Source: Lama glama
Taxonomy: Eukaryota
Assembly: GCA_028534125.1 (NCBI GenBank)
Contig: CM052817.1
Span: forward strand, 45,448,001-45,512,000
DNA: 64,000 nt
Reading direction: 5' to 3'
The translations under genes and the position numbers were made by a program. Under the pieces are notes generated by a model. The model did no database searches, had not been told where the DNA came from, and was given only the letters and a program-made list of their open reading frames with translations. Each line of letters begins with the position of its first letter. Within the stretch, counting starts at the first letter, position 1. Positions 12,700 to 25,199 of the stretch are shown in pieces.

Positions 12700-13112
12700 T
12701 GGGCACATTCTCATAACTGATATTAAGGAGTAAGCATAATCTTTTCCCCATGGACTCCTTTCCCAACTGAAAAGCCAATCTAGACCTGTTGGTACCTCCA
12801 TGCTCAAGATCATCCCAAGTTCCAAGATGGCAGCTCAAGCATCAGCCACCTCATCAATATTCCAGCATGCAGGAAGGAAGAAAAGGGAACAAGTAGAGGA
12901 GGCTAAGGGCAGTGCTAATTGGTTTCATAAGGATGATTCTTAGTAGCTGCCTCATTATACATTCACACATATCCCATTAATCAGAATTTAGTCATGTGGT
13001 CCACCTTGCTATTTGAGAGTCTGGAAATTCAGTCTTTATTCTGAGCAACCACATAATTAGCTAAAAGTTCTATTACTATGGAAGAAAGGAAGAATGGATA
13101 TTGGGGAACAAG
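12700..13112 (-). mobile_element. Old MaLR LTR (MLT1J-like)
   Basis: CCAAGATGGCAGCTC...TCAGAATTTAGTCATGTGG...GGAAGAATGGATATTGGGG. Confidence 0.6.
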
Positions 13113-13799
13113 AAAAAGGAGCCTCTTCCAGACCCACACCCCTCTCTATGAATGGGAAATAGACTAGCACTTTTATATCTGTTTACTTTTGTCATTTATT
13201 TAGAATGGAATGTCTTTTCCCCCCTCTTTATCTCACATACCTTTCTAACTCCTTTGTTGTCTACTGAATTTTTTCTCACCTTTAAAGCTTAATTCAATAT
13301 CACTTCCTCAAAGGAGTCTTGTTAGACTCTACCAATTAGAAATAACTTCTGTGTTCCCTAGACCTTTTGCCCCCTACTTTCATTATAGCAAAGTGTTCAT
13401 TCTGTTTCCCATTATTAGGAGTTGTTTATTTCTTCCTTTAGATTGTAAATTTCCTGAGGGCTGGGTCCTGGATTTAGTCACCACCAAATCCATACAGTGC
13501 CGACATGAAAGAGAAGGAAACTCATATCTTGTTTAAACCAATGTAATTTTGCACTTTTAATCATTCACAGTTAAGCACATTCCTGACTAATACAGGATCC
13601 TTCCCTTCTCTTTGCAGAGTTGGACACCACTCTATTTCTGAACTGATGATTATACAGATGCTATGTTGAGAGGGCTGGAACATTAAAAGAAATTAAGGAG
13701 TGGAGGAAGGTTGGGAGATAGTCCTAAACTGGAGCTCTGTTCTCGGTTTTCAGTGCTAGAGGGGTTCGTAGGGTGTCGAGGAAGGAGGAAGTCTTTGTA

Positions 13800-13990
13800 A
13801 TCTGACGTATCTGACTTAAAATCTTGGTTGAATGACTTACAGATGTGTGACCCCAGGTAAGGAAATTATTCTCCTTAAGCCAGAATTTCAAGACCTGTAA
13901 AATGGAAATGAAAATACTTATTTCACAGAGTTGTTTTGAGAATTAGGTAAAATGTCTGTAAAGAGCCTGGCACTTAAAGGATACCCATTC
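13800..13990 (+). mobile_element. MIR SINE fragment
   Basis: TGTGTGACCCCAGGTAAG...CTGTAAAATGGAAATG...CACAGAGTTGTTTTGAGAATTA. Confidence 0.7.
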
Positions 13991-14760
13991 CTGGGCATTA
14001 TTATAATCATCATACTGCAGATTTGGAATGATTAAGGGAAAAGCTCTATGTTGCCCTATCCCAGAGCCACAAGCTGATTACACATGGGTCAGGGGTTCTT
14101 GGAAAGAGATTTGCTATAGAAGGCAAGGAATGTTATTACTAGTAACAGAAATTGAGAGCATATCATTTATGCCCCTATAACTGAGATGAAATTTGGCATA
14201 TTGACATCAACAGCATTCCTCCAACATCCATTTTTAAAGTCTCCGGATGAAAAACTTAGACACAAAGTACAAGCAGTCACTGATGCTCATGATAGTTGTA
14301 GCAACGTGTAGGGTAATAGTAAAAATGATGAAAGTGGCAATTCTATTGAAATCCGGGCTGAAGCATAGCTATTAAGTTGAATCCATAGTTAGGACAGCCT
14401 GGGCCTTTCATAGTTCTCTAAGGAGGAGCAGTTAAACCCCAGATTTCGTCTTTATTGACAGCAATATAGAAGTTATGCATATCACAGACCACAAGCAATT
14501 GGTGACACAGCTGTTGGAACTTGAAGGTCAGAATAAATGAGTAACTGCTGCAATTTTAAGGAAAATTGGAGAAATTTATGTGAAGACTTGGTTTAAAAAA
14601 TGGCTTGTGGACTCCCCAAAGCATATGAGTAACTTTTTTGGATTTGTACCATGTAAAATCTCCATGAAGTTTTTGGTATCCTTTGAGGCTAATACCTAAG
14701 ATGTATTCAGCATTTTCTAGTTTATTAAATGCTTTGACACACCTTCATGAATTTAGTTAT

Positions 14761-15249
14761 TATATTCATTTTCTATTGCTGCATAGAAGGTTACTACAGA
14801 CTTGACTGTTTAAAACAGCACACGATTATCCTCTCACAGTTTCTATGGGTCAGAAATCTGGGCACAATTTAGCTGGGTTCTCTGCTTTGGGCCTCACGAG
14901 GCTGTAATTTAGGTGTCAGCTGGGCTATATTCCCATCTGGAGGATCAACTAGAGAAAAAAAAACTTGATTTCAAGTTCACCCAGGTTATTGGCAGAATTA
15001 ATTTCTTGTGGTTGTAGGACTGAGAGCCCTGGTTTCTTGCTGGGCCCTTGGCTACTGGCACACAGGCTTTCCCGACTAGTCTATTGACTTTATCAAGCTG
15101 GAAAATAACATAATATAATCAGAGAGTGACCTCCTGTAACTTACACCATATTCAGTTGTCCTTCCCACACTCAAGGGGAGGGAGTTAAACAAAGGCATGG
15201 ACACCAGGAAGAAGGGATCATAGTGGGCCACCTGGAGAGTGTCAGCCAC
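14761..15249 (-). mobile_element. MaLR LTR (MLT1E/F-like)
   Basis: TTTTCTATTGCTGCATA...CTCACAGTTTCTATGGGTCAGAAATCTGGGCAC...GGCAGAATTAATTTCTTGTGGTTGTAGGACTGAG. Confidence 0.75.
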
Positions 15250-15584
15250 AATTATCAGCAGAGTCCTCTGAAAAGGCTTGGTAGGTGTTCTCACTTCTGT
15301 TATACAGATGGAGACACAGATATTCAATTATAGAGGTTAAATGGGCTGATAAGGAAGATGACACAGTTAATAGGTGGTAAGACTAGACCCAGGATCCCTA
15401 AGTCCTAGTTCTATGCTCTAGCCATCAGTATCTGTCTTCCATAGCTTTGTATCTACCTGACCATCCATTCATGCGTCCAGCCATCATAGTCTAGTGTTCT
15501 TTTCACTATACACTTCTTGTATCAATGTGAGCAATATTCAGTAAACTCATCTCTTTGAACCCAGCAGAACTGCCTCATTGTCAC

Positions 15585-15990
15585 TGTATTAGACTGGTTA
15601 GATAAGAGTTTCCTGTGGTAAAAGATAACTTCAAAATCTCAATTATTTAACACAACAAAGGTTAATTTCTTGCTCATGTTATACATCCATTGCAGGTCAG
15701 CTGGGTTATTTGCTCCACGGTTTCTTACTTGAGGATGCAGGCTGTTGTTGTAGTCACACTCTTGAATGTTGCCAATCCCTACTCCACAGGGAAAAGAGAA
15801 CTCTGGTGAGTCTTGCAATGGCAATTAAATGCTCTGACCTGGAAGGGCAACATATGGCATTTGCTTAAAACTCAGCTCAGAACTACTCAAGTGACTCTAC
15901 CCAACCATAGCAGAGCCAGAAAGTCCAATTCAAGGCTATTCCCAGGAGTGGGGAGACCCAGGAATAATTGGCATATGACCAGTGAAATAA
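15585..15990 (-). mobile_element. Old MaLR LTR (MLT1I-L-like)
   Basis: TGTATTAG...AAAATCTCAATTATTTAACACAACAAAGGTTAATTTCTTGCTCATG. Confidence 0.6.
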
Positions 15991-16187
15991 TGACTGCCTT
16001 AGCCAGGAAGCTAGTCCACCACAAAGTGAGCCCCTGTCACCTTTGCATTGTTCAGGCTCTGACCTAACACACTGCTTCTAGCCCTGTTCTTGATAGCTTC
16101 AGCTTTTGACTCTCATTTACTTGACTCTTGACTTATTCATATCTTCAGAGCTGTATCTCTTCTAAACCTAAGGTTTTCAACCACTTC

Positions 16188-16818
16188 TGGTACCAAATCA
16201 ACCTTGGGTCCTCTCTCCTGTGACCAGTGAAGCCAATCTACTGACACCAGGATGTGGTGAAGGAAAGTGCGAGGTTTATCACAGGGCACCAAGCGAGGAG
16301 TCCAAGCAATTAATTCTTAACAGACCTGAACTCTCCAAAGGCTTTTAGGGAAAAGTTTTTAGACGGTGAGGGAGGGGGGTTATGGGATATGTGATCAGCT
16401 CATGGACATTCTTCTGATTGGTTGGTAGTGTAACCTGGAGTCAAAACCTCAACCTTCTGGTTCCAACCAGTCTGGGGTCTATGTGCTTGTGGGCAGCATA
16501 CAGTTAACTTCTTCCACCTGTTGGGTGGCTCAGGATCTGCAAAGCATCTCAAAGGACATGGATCAAAATATTATCTATAGCCCTTGAGGAGGAACTAAAG
16601 GTCCTTGATTTTGTTTAATAGCCAAACTATTATTATTTTGTCTTGCTTGACTGTTTTTCTTGTTTCTGCATTTTCTCACTTCTCTGATCAGATTAATTCT
16701 TTGAAACTAGGAGAAGGCTGGGAGGCTAAAGTTTCTCTACAAACAAGAGGCAGGTGAAGGACATGGCAGAGTGTGTGGCCTGTCACAGGAAGGCCCCATC
16801 GGGTCCTGCTCGGTCACA
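16188..16818 (-). mobile_element. ERV1 solo LTR (LTR39/MER39-like, 631 bp) with 4-bp TSD CTTC
   Basis: TG...CA termini; CTTC at 16184-16187 and 16819-16822; AAGCCAATCTACTGACACCAGG..GTGGTGAAGGAAAGTG and CCCTTGAGGAGGAACTAAAGGTCCTTGA resemble artiodactyl LTR39. Confidence 0.85.
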
Positions 16819-18020
16819 CTTCTCCCAGTCTTTTTTCTGCTTTTCTTCTTGATCAAAATTTTATCTTTGTATTCTTAGTAACATTGTTTTCAGTCATTCT
16901 AGGTAAACAATTCACCACTTCTTGCTGCACTCCTGGGACCCTAAACCCAGATCCAGACCTTATCAAATGATGCCTCTGTGAAGTTGAGCAAGTCATTGAT
17001 AATGCCATGACAATACCACGTGGGGAGAAATACATGATTATATCCTTCAGTATTCCCCTGAGTGTCTTTCTTCAGAGATTTGTAGGCACTGATTTAAATT
17101 CAATTAACAAGTGTCATAAAAAAGGGAAACATCAATGAAAAAAAGAACCAGATCAAAGGATTAGACATGACTCAACCCAGCAGGAGAGCAGAGCTGACCA
17201 CTCTCAAGGTGAGCAATTATCTGGAGAAAGGTGAACAGCAACAACAACACAAACTATCTGCTGCACACTCCTTTTTGGCTCAATGGGAAGGCTGTAACAA
17301 GTGAGCTAAAATATTAATGCCATGGGAAACCATCTCAGAAGAATACTGGATTAGCACAACAGTCTCGGTGGGGGCCTGCACTGCTGGAGCAAGGTATTAA
17401 AGAATAAAGAAGCAGCTGGATGAAACATATGTTCACAGCAGAAGGAATATTTTTCATCCCACCGCTGTATTCTATTTCATCATTTTAAGCATTTCTGTCA
17501 ACTTACAGACTAAATTGTGTTCACTTTTGTGGTGTATAAATTTCATCACCACTCCAGCACAGGAAAGAAACTTGCTGAGAACGAGAAAAGTGATGGATTA
17601 GGAGAAACAAATTGTGGGAAACATCTCCTTTATTAGTAAACCCTAAGATTTAGCCTCAGATAGAGTACTTGCTGGTCAGGGGGTGACTGGCTCAAGAACG
17701 CCTCTTCTGCCTCTGAGAAGCTCCCAGTTTGATTCTTGTGATCATAGTCAGACTGTGCAGCCCTTGAGTGTCTGAAGATTTTCTGGTTCAACTTTTAGGC
17801 TCCAATTCATACCTAAGCAAAAGCACAGCCAAATTTCTCCCCAGCACAGCCAATGAGTCTGAACTATTAAAAACTTTAAAAGAGCAGAGCGATGCATAAA
17901 CCTTTGTAAGTTGTCTTATAAGTAGAGGTCTTAAGATAAGATCTGTATTTTACAAGACTAGATCTTTTCCACAGTTTGCTAGGGCTCACTAGTCCTGTCG
18001 CCTTGCACTCTCCGTCTTGC

Positions 18021-18484
18021 TGTCTTTATCTGAGTTTTGCCAAAGTCAGCCCCTGAACCGTGGCTCTGTATTTGGCTTATTTTGGGCGGTTATCCCAGGA
18101 AGCACAGTGAGGGAGTGAAGAAGTGAGGCAGGCAAGAGAGGGAAGCCAAGAGAGTTAATGAGTGGTTGCCACTCGAGGGCCCTCCGAGAGAGTGTAGAGC
18201 ACGCCTCAGATTGTCCTGCTGAAGGGAACGGAAGATGGGGTGTTGATCCACCAGCTCCCATCCCTCGCAGTTGAGAGTTGGTCCTGGGGATGCTAACTCT
18301 GCGGCATTTCCAGCCTGCCTTGCATGTGTGGTGGGCACACTCCTGAAGAAGGCCTTCAGCAGAGAGATGGAGGTGCTGGATGAGGAAGCCATTAGGAGAG
18401 TGAACCCTCCGCTGAAGCTATAGGTGCCCTCCGGGGTGGGGCTGCCCAGGGGATATGGGTGGGGCCCCAACAGCATCAGCTTCA
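18021..18484 (-). mobile_element. ERVL solo LTR, LTR33-like
   Basis: TATCCCAGGAAGCACAGTGAGGGAGTG...GTGTAGAGCACGCCTCAGA...GATCCACCAGCTCCCATCC...GGGGCCCCAACAGCATC. Confidence 0.8.
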
Positions 18485-18498
18485 AGAAGCCCTAGTGG

Positions 18499-18617
18499 TT
18501 CCACATACAAGTGATAACATATGGTATTTTTCTTTCTCTTTCTAGCTTACTTCACTTAGAATGACGATCTAAGATTTGCAGATACTAACTACTACATATA
18601 AAATAGACAAGTTTCTA
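18499..18617. mobile_element. Tiny inverted L1 3'UTR insertion
   Basis: 18499-18570 is antisense L1 3'UTR (matches 5194-5265); 18571-18617 is sense L1 3'UTR (AGATTTGCAGATACTAACTACTACATATAAAATAGA). Confidence 0.8.
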
Positions 18618-19569
18618 ATGCCAGGGCAGGGCTAACAATTGCTGTCTTATTCTCCAACAATGTGCACTATGTCTGTTGGGGGCAGCTTGCTTTTCAGTTT
18701 GTAGGTTTCCAGACTGTGAGAAGCTGCATTTAGACCTGATGGAGAAGACTGCACATCGCTCAGAGATCCTGGAGTTGGAATTGGATGCTACTTTGATCAG
18801 ATTTTGTGGTATCACCCTTGGATACTTAGATGCTAATGGATATTTGCATGGTCAGAGGTAGTCTGACAGATATTTCTAGGTTGCTTCTATTGGTTCTGTG
18901 TCTGTAGAATTCATGGTCTAAAATGAGACACATTTAAGAGTGAAAAGGGACTTTCAGAACAATCAACACTGTGCAATTATAATGAATTAAAATTATTACC
19001 AAACAATCAAATCAACAGTTGTAGATTTACCCCAAGCATTAAATGACTGTAACAAGAGAATTCAGACCGCTATCCTGCACATCCCATGTCAAGACTGCTC
19101 AGCTCCATTTCTGCACATTTATTTCATGTGCACCCACCCTATCATTTCCCACAGGCTCCATTGACTGGTGGCTTAGAGGCTTTGTATACCTCATAGCCTG
19201 GGGCGAAGCTCACAACATAGCTGGTGGATCCATCAGTGGCTGGCAGAGACAGCAGCAACAAATATTTTGCCACCATTACCAAAGATCAGGAGGAGCTGGC
19301 TGTTGAACCTGCTTTTGTCTGAATACAATTTATCAGTGAGTTCTCTGCATTTGGGGTCTTACAGGGAGGCGTTAGCTCGGTTGCATCTGTTGCAAAGGAT
19401 GAAGAAGAGAGAAGTGGGTTATTGCTTGTTGTCTTTGGGACTTCACCAGGTGTTTATGTGAGTCTTCACAAGCAGCTCACACACTACCAGAGAGTTCCTG
19501 GCACAGATGAAAAGTGGAACTCTACCAAGCCCTTCCCAGCTTATTTGAATACAATATTCGGTAATAATT

Positions 19570-19688
19570 CATTTCATAAAAAAGGAAAATCCCAGGACAA
19601 ATGGTAAACTGTCAGGGACATAGGGATAATGAGCTGGAATAATCTCTGGGACAGTCCCAGGCCAATCAGGGTACATGGTCAGACCATC
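19570..19688. mobile_element. hAT (MER94-like) fragment
   Basis: GGGACAGTCCCAGGCCAATCAGGGTACATGGTCAGACC resembles the Blackjack/MER94 terminus. Confidence 0.45.
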
Positions 19689-20110
19689 TGAAATCCATTC
19701 TCTCCTCATGCTTTAGTAGTAGTGTCTCACTTTCTAGCTGAATATGTGGCTACCCAGAAAGAATTCAGCGGGGTGGCAAGTGAGCCATCTAGTTTCCAGG
19801 TGTGGAGTGGCAGTGGAACAGTGGTGTCATCCAGGTCCTGGTGCAGGGGTGCCAGCTGCAACACCCAGTGTGGGGCGATGACCTGATAGTGGGATTTTAG
19901 CTGTGGTGTTGGTGTTCCTCCTGTTTTCTGAGTCTTATCCTCTGGCCTTCCTGGTAATTCTGTTAGCTTTCTAATATTATTTCAGTAAACATCTTTCTCC
20001 TTGAATCAATGTCTGTACTGTTCAAATAAGAGCACTGACTGACTTAGGGAGCTGACCCTAGATGACATTTTCTGGTGGGTAAAAAATTTCCCTAACATTC
20101 TTTAAGGCCA

Positions 20111-20648
20111 GTGTATGGACATTTGCTGTTTTGGTCCTTTTAGCATCCACACCCCCTTGGCATGTAACCCCGGCCTGACCAGTTACACATAACACTCCAT
20201 TCTCTGACCATTGAGGTTTGTCAAGGATGGACACACGTCTAGCCAGGCCAACCAAAATCTTTCTCAAGAATGGAGAATTTCACCGAAGAAATTGGGAGAG
20301 ATGAACTCATATTCTCTCTCTCTTCTTGCACCAGGAGCTGCTCAGAGTCTAGTGTATTGGCAGCAATGTCTCTGCCAGACTGATAAAGAGTGTGGAGTAG
20401 ATTCTTGATGGAGAGAGAGAGAGGAGTAGAGAGATAGAAGAGGGAGGGGGGAGAAAGTGAAGAGGAGGGGAGAGAAAGGAAAGGAAGAGTGTTTTGACAA
20501 TCTCATTTGAATTCTTAGGCCCAGCTGAGTCTAAAGCCCAGATCCAATCCTGTACTTCCTGATTATGTGACCCAGTGTCTTCCCTTTTGTCTTAAGCCAT
20601 TTGAGATCAGTTTATTTAATTCACAGTGGAAAAGACTCTGCTCACTGT
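20111..20648 (+). mobile_element. Old MaLR LTR (MLT1K/L-like)
   Basis: GGATGGACACACGTCTAGCCAGGCCAACCA...TTGTCTTAAGCCATTTGAGATCAGTTT 3' end. Confidence 0.5.
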
Positions 20649-20789
20649 AGCTGGATTTGTGTAAGTCCTTGGCTGGACTAGATCCTCCTAGGCTGGGAAG
20701 CAGCAGGTAGGGGTACTAGTAATGAACTAATGTTTCCTTTCTATCTAGTTTATGCATCTGATTAACAATCTTTATTTATTTAGGGGCAT

Positions 20790-21858
20790 TTTTTAAAAAC
20801 TTTTTTTTATTGAGTTATGGTCATTTTACAATCTTGTGTCAAATTCCAGGGTAGAGCACAATTTTTCAGTTATACATGAACATACATATATTTATTGTCA
20901 CATTTTTTTTTGCTGTGAGCTACAAGATCTTGTATATATTTCCCTGTGCTATACAGTATAATCTTGTCTATCTATTCTACATATCCAAAATATATAAACA
21001 GCTCATATGACCTAATAAGAAAAAACCAAACAACCCAATCCAAAAATGGTCAGAAGACCTAAACAAGCAATTTTCCAAGGACGAAATACAAATGATCAAT
21101 AGGCACATGAAAAAATGCTCAATATCACTAACTATCAGAGAAATGCAAATCAAAACTATGATGAGGTATCACCTCACACCAGCCAGAATGGTCATCATTC
21201 AAAAGTCCACAAATGACAATGCTGGAGAGGCTGTGGAGAAANNNNNNNNNNNNNNNNNNNNNNNNNNNNNNNNNNNNNNNNNNNNNNNNNNNNNNNNNNN
21301 NNNNNNNNNNNNNNNNNNNNNNNNNNNNNNNNNNNNNNNNNNNNNNNNNNNNNNNNNNNNNNNNNNNNNNNNNNNNNNNNNNNNNNNNNNNNNNNNNNNN
21401 NNNNNNNNNNNNNNNNNNNNNNNNNNNNNNNNNNNNNNNNNNNNNNNNNNNNNNNNNNNNNNNNNNNNNNNNNNNNNNNNNNNNNNNNNNNNNNNNNNNN
21501 NNNNNNNNNNNNNNNNNNNNNNNNNNNNNNNNNNNNNNNNNNNNNNNNNNNNNNNNNNNNNNNNNNNNNNNNNNNNNNNNNNNNNNNNNNNNNNNNNNNN
21601 NNNNNNNNNNNNNNNNNNNNNNNNNNNNNNNNNNNNNNNNNNNNNNNNNNNNNNNNNNNNNNNNNNNNNNNNNNNNNNNNNNNNNNNNNNNNNNNNNNNN
21701 NNNNNNNNNNNNNNNNNNNNNNNNNNNNNNNNNNNNNNNNNAAAAAAAAAAAATACAAAACAGAAACAAACTCATAGACATAGAATACAAACTTGTGGTT
21801 GCCATGGGGGTGGGGGTTGGAAAGGGACAGACTGGGATTTCAAAATTTGTAGATACTT
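20790..21858 (-). mobile_element. Young LINE-1 with 5' inversion (twin-priming type), spanning the assembly gap
   Basis: 20790-20983 is an antisense 3' end with poly(T). 20982-21858 is sense ORF2 C-terminus ([23 protein letters not shown]) and 3'UTR. TSD TAGGGGCAT at 20781-20789 and 21860-21868. Confidence 0.9.
21242..21741. other. Assembly gap (500 N)
   Basis: Exactly 500 N characters. Confidence 1.
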
Positions 21859-21932
21859 ATAGGGGCATGTTTTTTGTTTTCCAGTTCTATTAGCATAATT
21901 AAGAAGAGGAGGTCTTCCCCCCAAACTCTGCT

Positions 21933-23029
21933 AAAACAGCTTTATTGAGAGATAATTTATATACCATCCAATTACCCATTTAAAATGTAAATGGTTTTTA
22001 GTATATTCACAGATATGTGCAAAAATCACTATAGTCAATCTTAGAACATTTTAATTATCTCAAAAAGAAATCCTGTACCTTTTAGATATCATGTCTTATC
22101 CTTGATCTTTCTTCCCAGATCTAAGCAACCACTACTCTACCTTCTGTCTCTAGAGTCCTTATTCTGGACTTTCATAAGAATGTAATCATACAGTAGGTGA
22201 TCTTTTGTGACTCCCTTGTTTTACTCAGCATGATATTTTCATGTTTCATCCATGTTGCAGCATGTATCAATATTTTATTCCTTTTTCTTTGTTTTTGTTT
22301 TGGGGGAGGTAAATAGGTTTATTTATTTACTTTTTTATTTAATGGAAGTGCTGAGCATGTGCTCTACCACTGAGCTATACCCTCCTTTCAATACTTCATT
22401 CATTTTTATGACCAAATAATATTCCATGGTATGGATGTACCACATTTTGTTTATCCCTTCATCTGCTGATGGACATTTGGGTTGTTTTCAGCTTTTGGCT
22501 ACTATGAATAATGCTGCCATAAATATTCATGCACAGGTTTTTGTTTGGACATATGTATTTATTTCTCATGGGCATACATCCAGGAGTGGAATTGCTGGTT
22601 CATATGGTAACTCTATGTTTAATCGTTTGAAGCACTGCCAACCAGGTTGTTTTCCAAATGGCTACATCACTTGATATTCCTATCTGCAGCGTGTGAGGCT
22701 CCCGATGTCTCCATATCTTCACCAATACTCATTAGCGTCTGTCTCTTTTGATTCCATCCTAGTGGTTGTGAGGTGGTATTTCATTGTGGTTTTGATTTGC
22801 ATTTTCCTAATGACTAGTGGTGGTAAGCATCTTTTCATGTGCTTACTGGCTATTTGTTTATCTTCCTTGGAGAAATGTCTATTGAGATCTTTTGTCCATT
22901 TTAAAATTAGGATATTTGTCTTTTTTATTATTGAGTTGTAAGAGTTCTTTGTATATTCTAGATACAAGTCATTTATCAGATATATGATTTACGAATACTT
23001 TCTCCTGTTCTGTGGGCTGACTTTTCACT
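21933..23029 (-). mobile_element. Older LINE-1 3' region (L1MB-like)
   Basis: AACAGCTTTATTGAGATAATTT...; minus-strand ORF remnant KWTKDLNRHFSKED...MQIKTTMKYHL is L1 ORF2. Confidence 0.9.
22287..22385 (-). mobile_element. Vic-1-like SINE with internal deletion, nested in L1
   Basis: GCTCTACCACTGAGCTATACCCTCC head and GGGGGAGGTAAATAGGTTTATTTATTT tail; degenerate TSD CAATA(T/C)TT(T/C)ATTC. Confidence 0.85.
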
Positions 23030-25199
23030 GAATGGTGTTTTTTAGTTTTCTAGTTCTAGTTATCACACTTAAGTAAAGAGGGCCTAATGTTCTTTGTTTC
23101 ATCTCTTTTTATGTATTTCTCTACCTTTGTAGTCTAAAGTCAAGCAGAGGCCTTTCCATCAAAAAGTACTTAATCATTTTTCTAACTCAGAAAAAGTATG
23201 AAACCCACAAAACAAACTTCGGAATAAAAAGTGGCTCATCCTAGGCTGGTGCTTTGCACAGGCCTTCCAGGCTGGGAAAGGACACAGTAGGGAAAAAAGC
23301 CATTTCTCAGTACCCTTCACATTTTATCTTCACGGCTTGAATACAAATTTGTTTGGAAATTCGGAGAAAATATTAAATCACTGGTATATTAAGTGATATT
23401 TGTCAAACTTCTGGATTGTTACCAGATTAGAATGGGCAATCAGCACTTGATAGAATGAGCAATGACGAAAAGGAAATAACAGACCTTCAGGATAAAAACC
23501 CAGGATAGAGGAGTAACTCCGACAGCTCTGTTAAGAGTATTTACCCCACTCAGCAATTTATAATGTAATTCAATAAACAGAGTTTGAGCACTGTGATATG
23601 AGAGGCTCAGTTGGCTGCTTTTGTGGAGGTAGTGGGTGGGGATGGAAGTGGGATGAACACGTGGGAAAGTCTGCCCGTGAGTTGACATTTTATGATAAAG
23701 GAAGTTAGAAGAGATGTAGGCAGCTGTAGAGGAGGGTAGAATGCTGTGAGGATGATAAAAGAGGCACAGCACACGGAGTCATAGTGATGGGAGTCCTACT
23801 CAGGATAGAGACTCAGGAGAAAGCGCAGGCAATTCTTGAAAAGCTTCAGTGTGTAGCTGAGTCTTGTGGTGGTGTTGGGATTTCTACTGACGGAAGTGGA
23901 GAGGGAGAGCACTGCCAACATTTGTAGAATTTGGAGGAAAGGACTGTGGTTAGTTGGGCTGGAGTCCAGGTGCCTGTACGGGGTGCTGGAAGTGAGGCTG
24001 GGGAGATGCTTGTAGCAGAACAAAAAGGGCTGTAAACCCCTGCCCATAATTGCTGAGACCATGTGGAGCCACTGAATCGTTGAACAAGATGCATTTTGCA
24101 GCTGGAGGCAGGATGAGTGGAGAGAACCCGGATGCAGAGAGGATGTGAAGACTTCTTTAGGCACAAAATGTGACAGCAGGGTGAAATCAGACTTTGGTTT
24201 AAAGGACAGCCCTTGTGGAATGACAGGCTGCCAAAACCCAGCGGCAATGACTAGTTGGACTCCCTGGCTGAAGTTGCCACCCCACTTGATCCCACTTATC
24301 AGGGTCAAAACTAATTGGACATATTAGGTCACGTGGGAGCTGTACAATCAGTGCCAGGGCTTTGGAAGTGCCAGTTGGTTGAGCACCAGTGTTGATGGAA
24401 CAAAAGATTGCATGCAGCTGGCTGGGCTGAAATAGTCACCACCTGGTGTGGGGGTGGGGTGGAAGGTGGTGCTGAGGGGAGGCAAGGGGCCCTTGGCCAT
24501 CTGAGCTGCTTACATGTCACATCACAGCTGCGGGAGTGAAAGTCGGCAGCTCCAGCAGACTGGATCTTTGTGAGAGAGCCGCAGAGCAGAGCCTCAGCTT
24601 CTTCACCTGTGAAATGGCCAGTATTTTGAGGATTCAATGAAAGAACTCAGGTGCAGCACTTGGCAGAGGGCCTGGAACATCACTAACTATTTCTGTGCCC
24701 TAGGGCTGCGCCCGGGACAGCCTGCCTGTGGAGCTTGGGAGGACTCTTCATTTCAGAGCCGTGTCCTTCCATCTCCGGAAGGTGTCGGGACACCTGGCTG
24801 TTTTGCATCTGCGGTTGTAGCACAGAAGCAGCCATGGGAGCTGATCTGATGCCCCTACTTCATGGCTCTGGGACAATGCTTTCATGCAAGTCACTTCATC
24901 GCTTGTACAGCCTCCCCTTCTCTTCCACTATCTCACCTGACTCTTACAAGCTCTTCTGCCCATTTCCTGGCATCTCCTTTCCTGCCATCAAGAAACTGCT
25001 GGCTCCTTGCTGAAGGCTCAGGGGTCTGTCAGTCTAATCTGGGACCCAATCTGCTTTTGGGTGCTAATCAGAGAAGAAGAAAGTATAAAACAAGACCACA
25101 TCACATTTTGGAGAGACATGGAAAGTCTAGGGAAGCAGAAGAGCAAGAACTAAGTTTGTTGGGGACTATTTGGGCTGCTTAAGTACCATGGTGCTAGCC

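Noticed and set aside
14162..14311. Frame reading ...TAFLQHPFLKSP..., reminiscent of a kinase-domain end
   Set aside because: Bounded by stops, no upstream kinase motifs and no splice sites; likely coincidence.
21092..21893. Longest ORFs in the track (187-256 aa)
   Set aside because: Artefacts of reading through the 500-N gap; the real part is an L1 ORF2 remnant.
23796..24308. 170-aa minus-strand ORF (and the 166-aa ORF at 32967-33467)
   Set aside because: No recognisable domain or exon boundaries; such lengths are plausible by chance in 64 kb.
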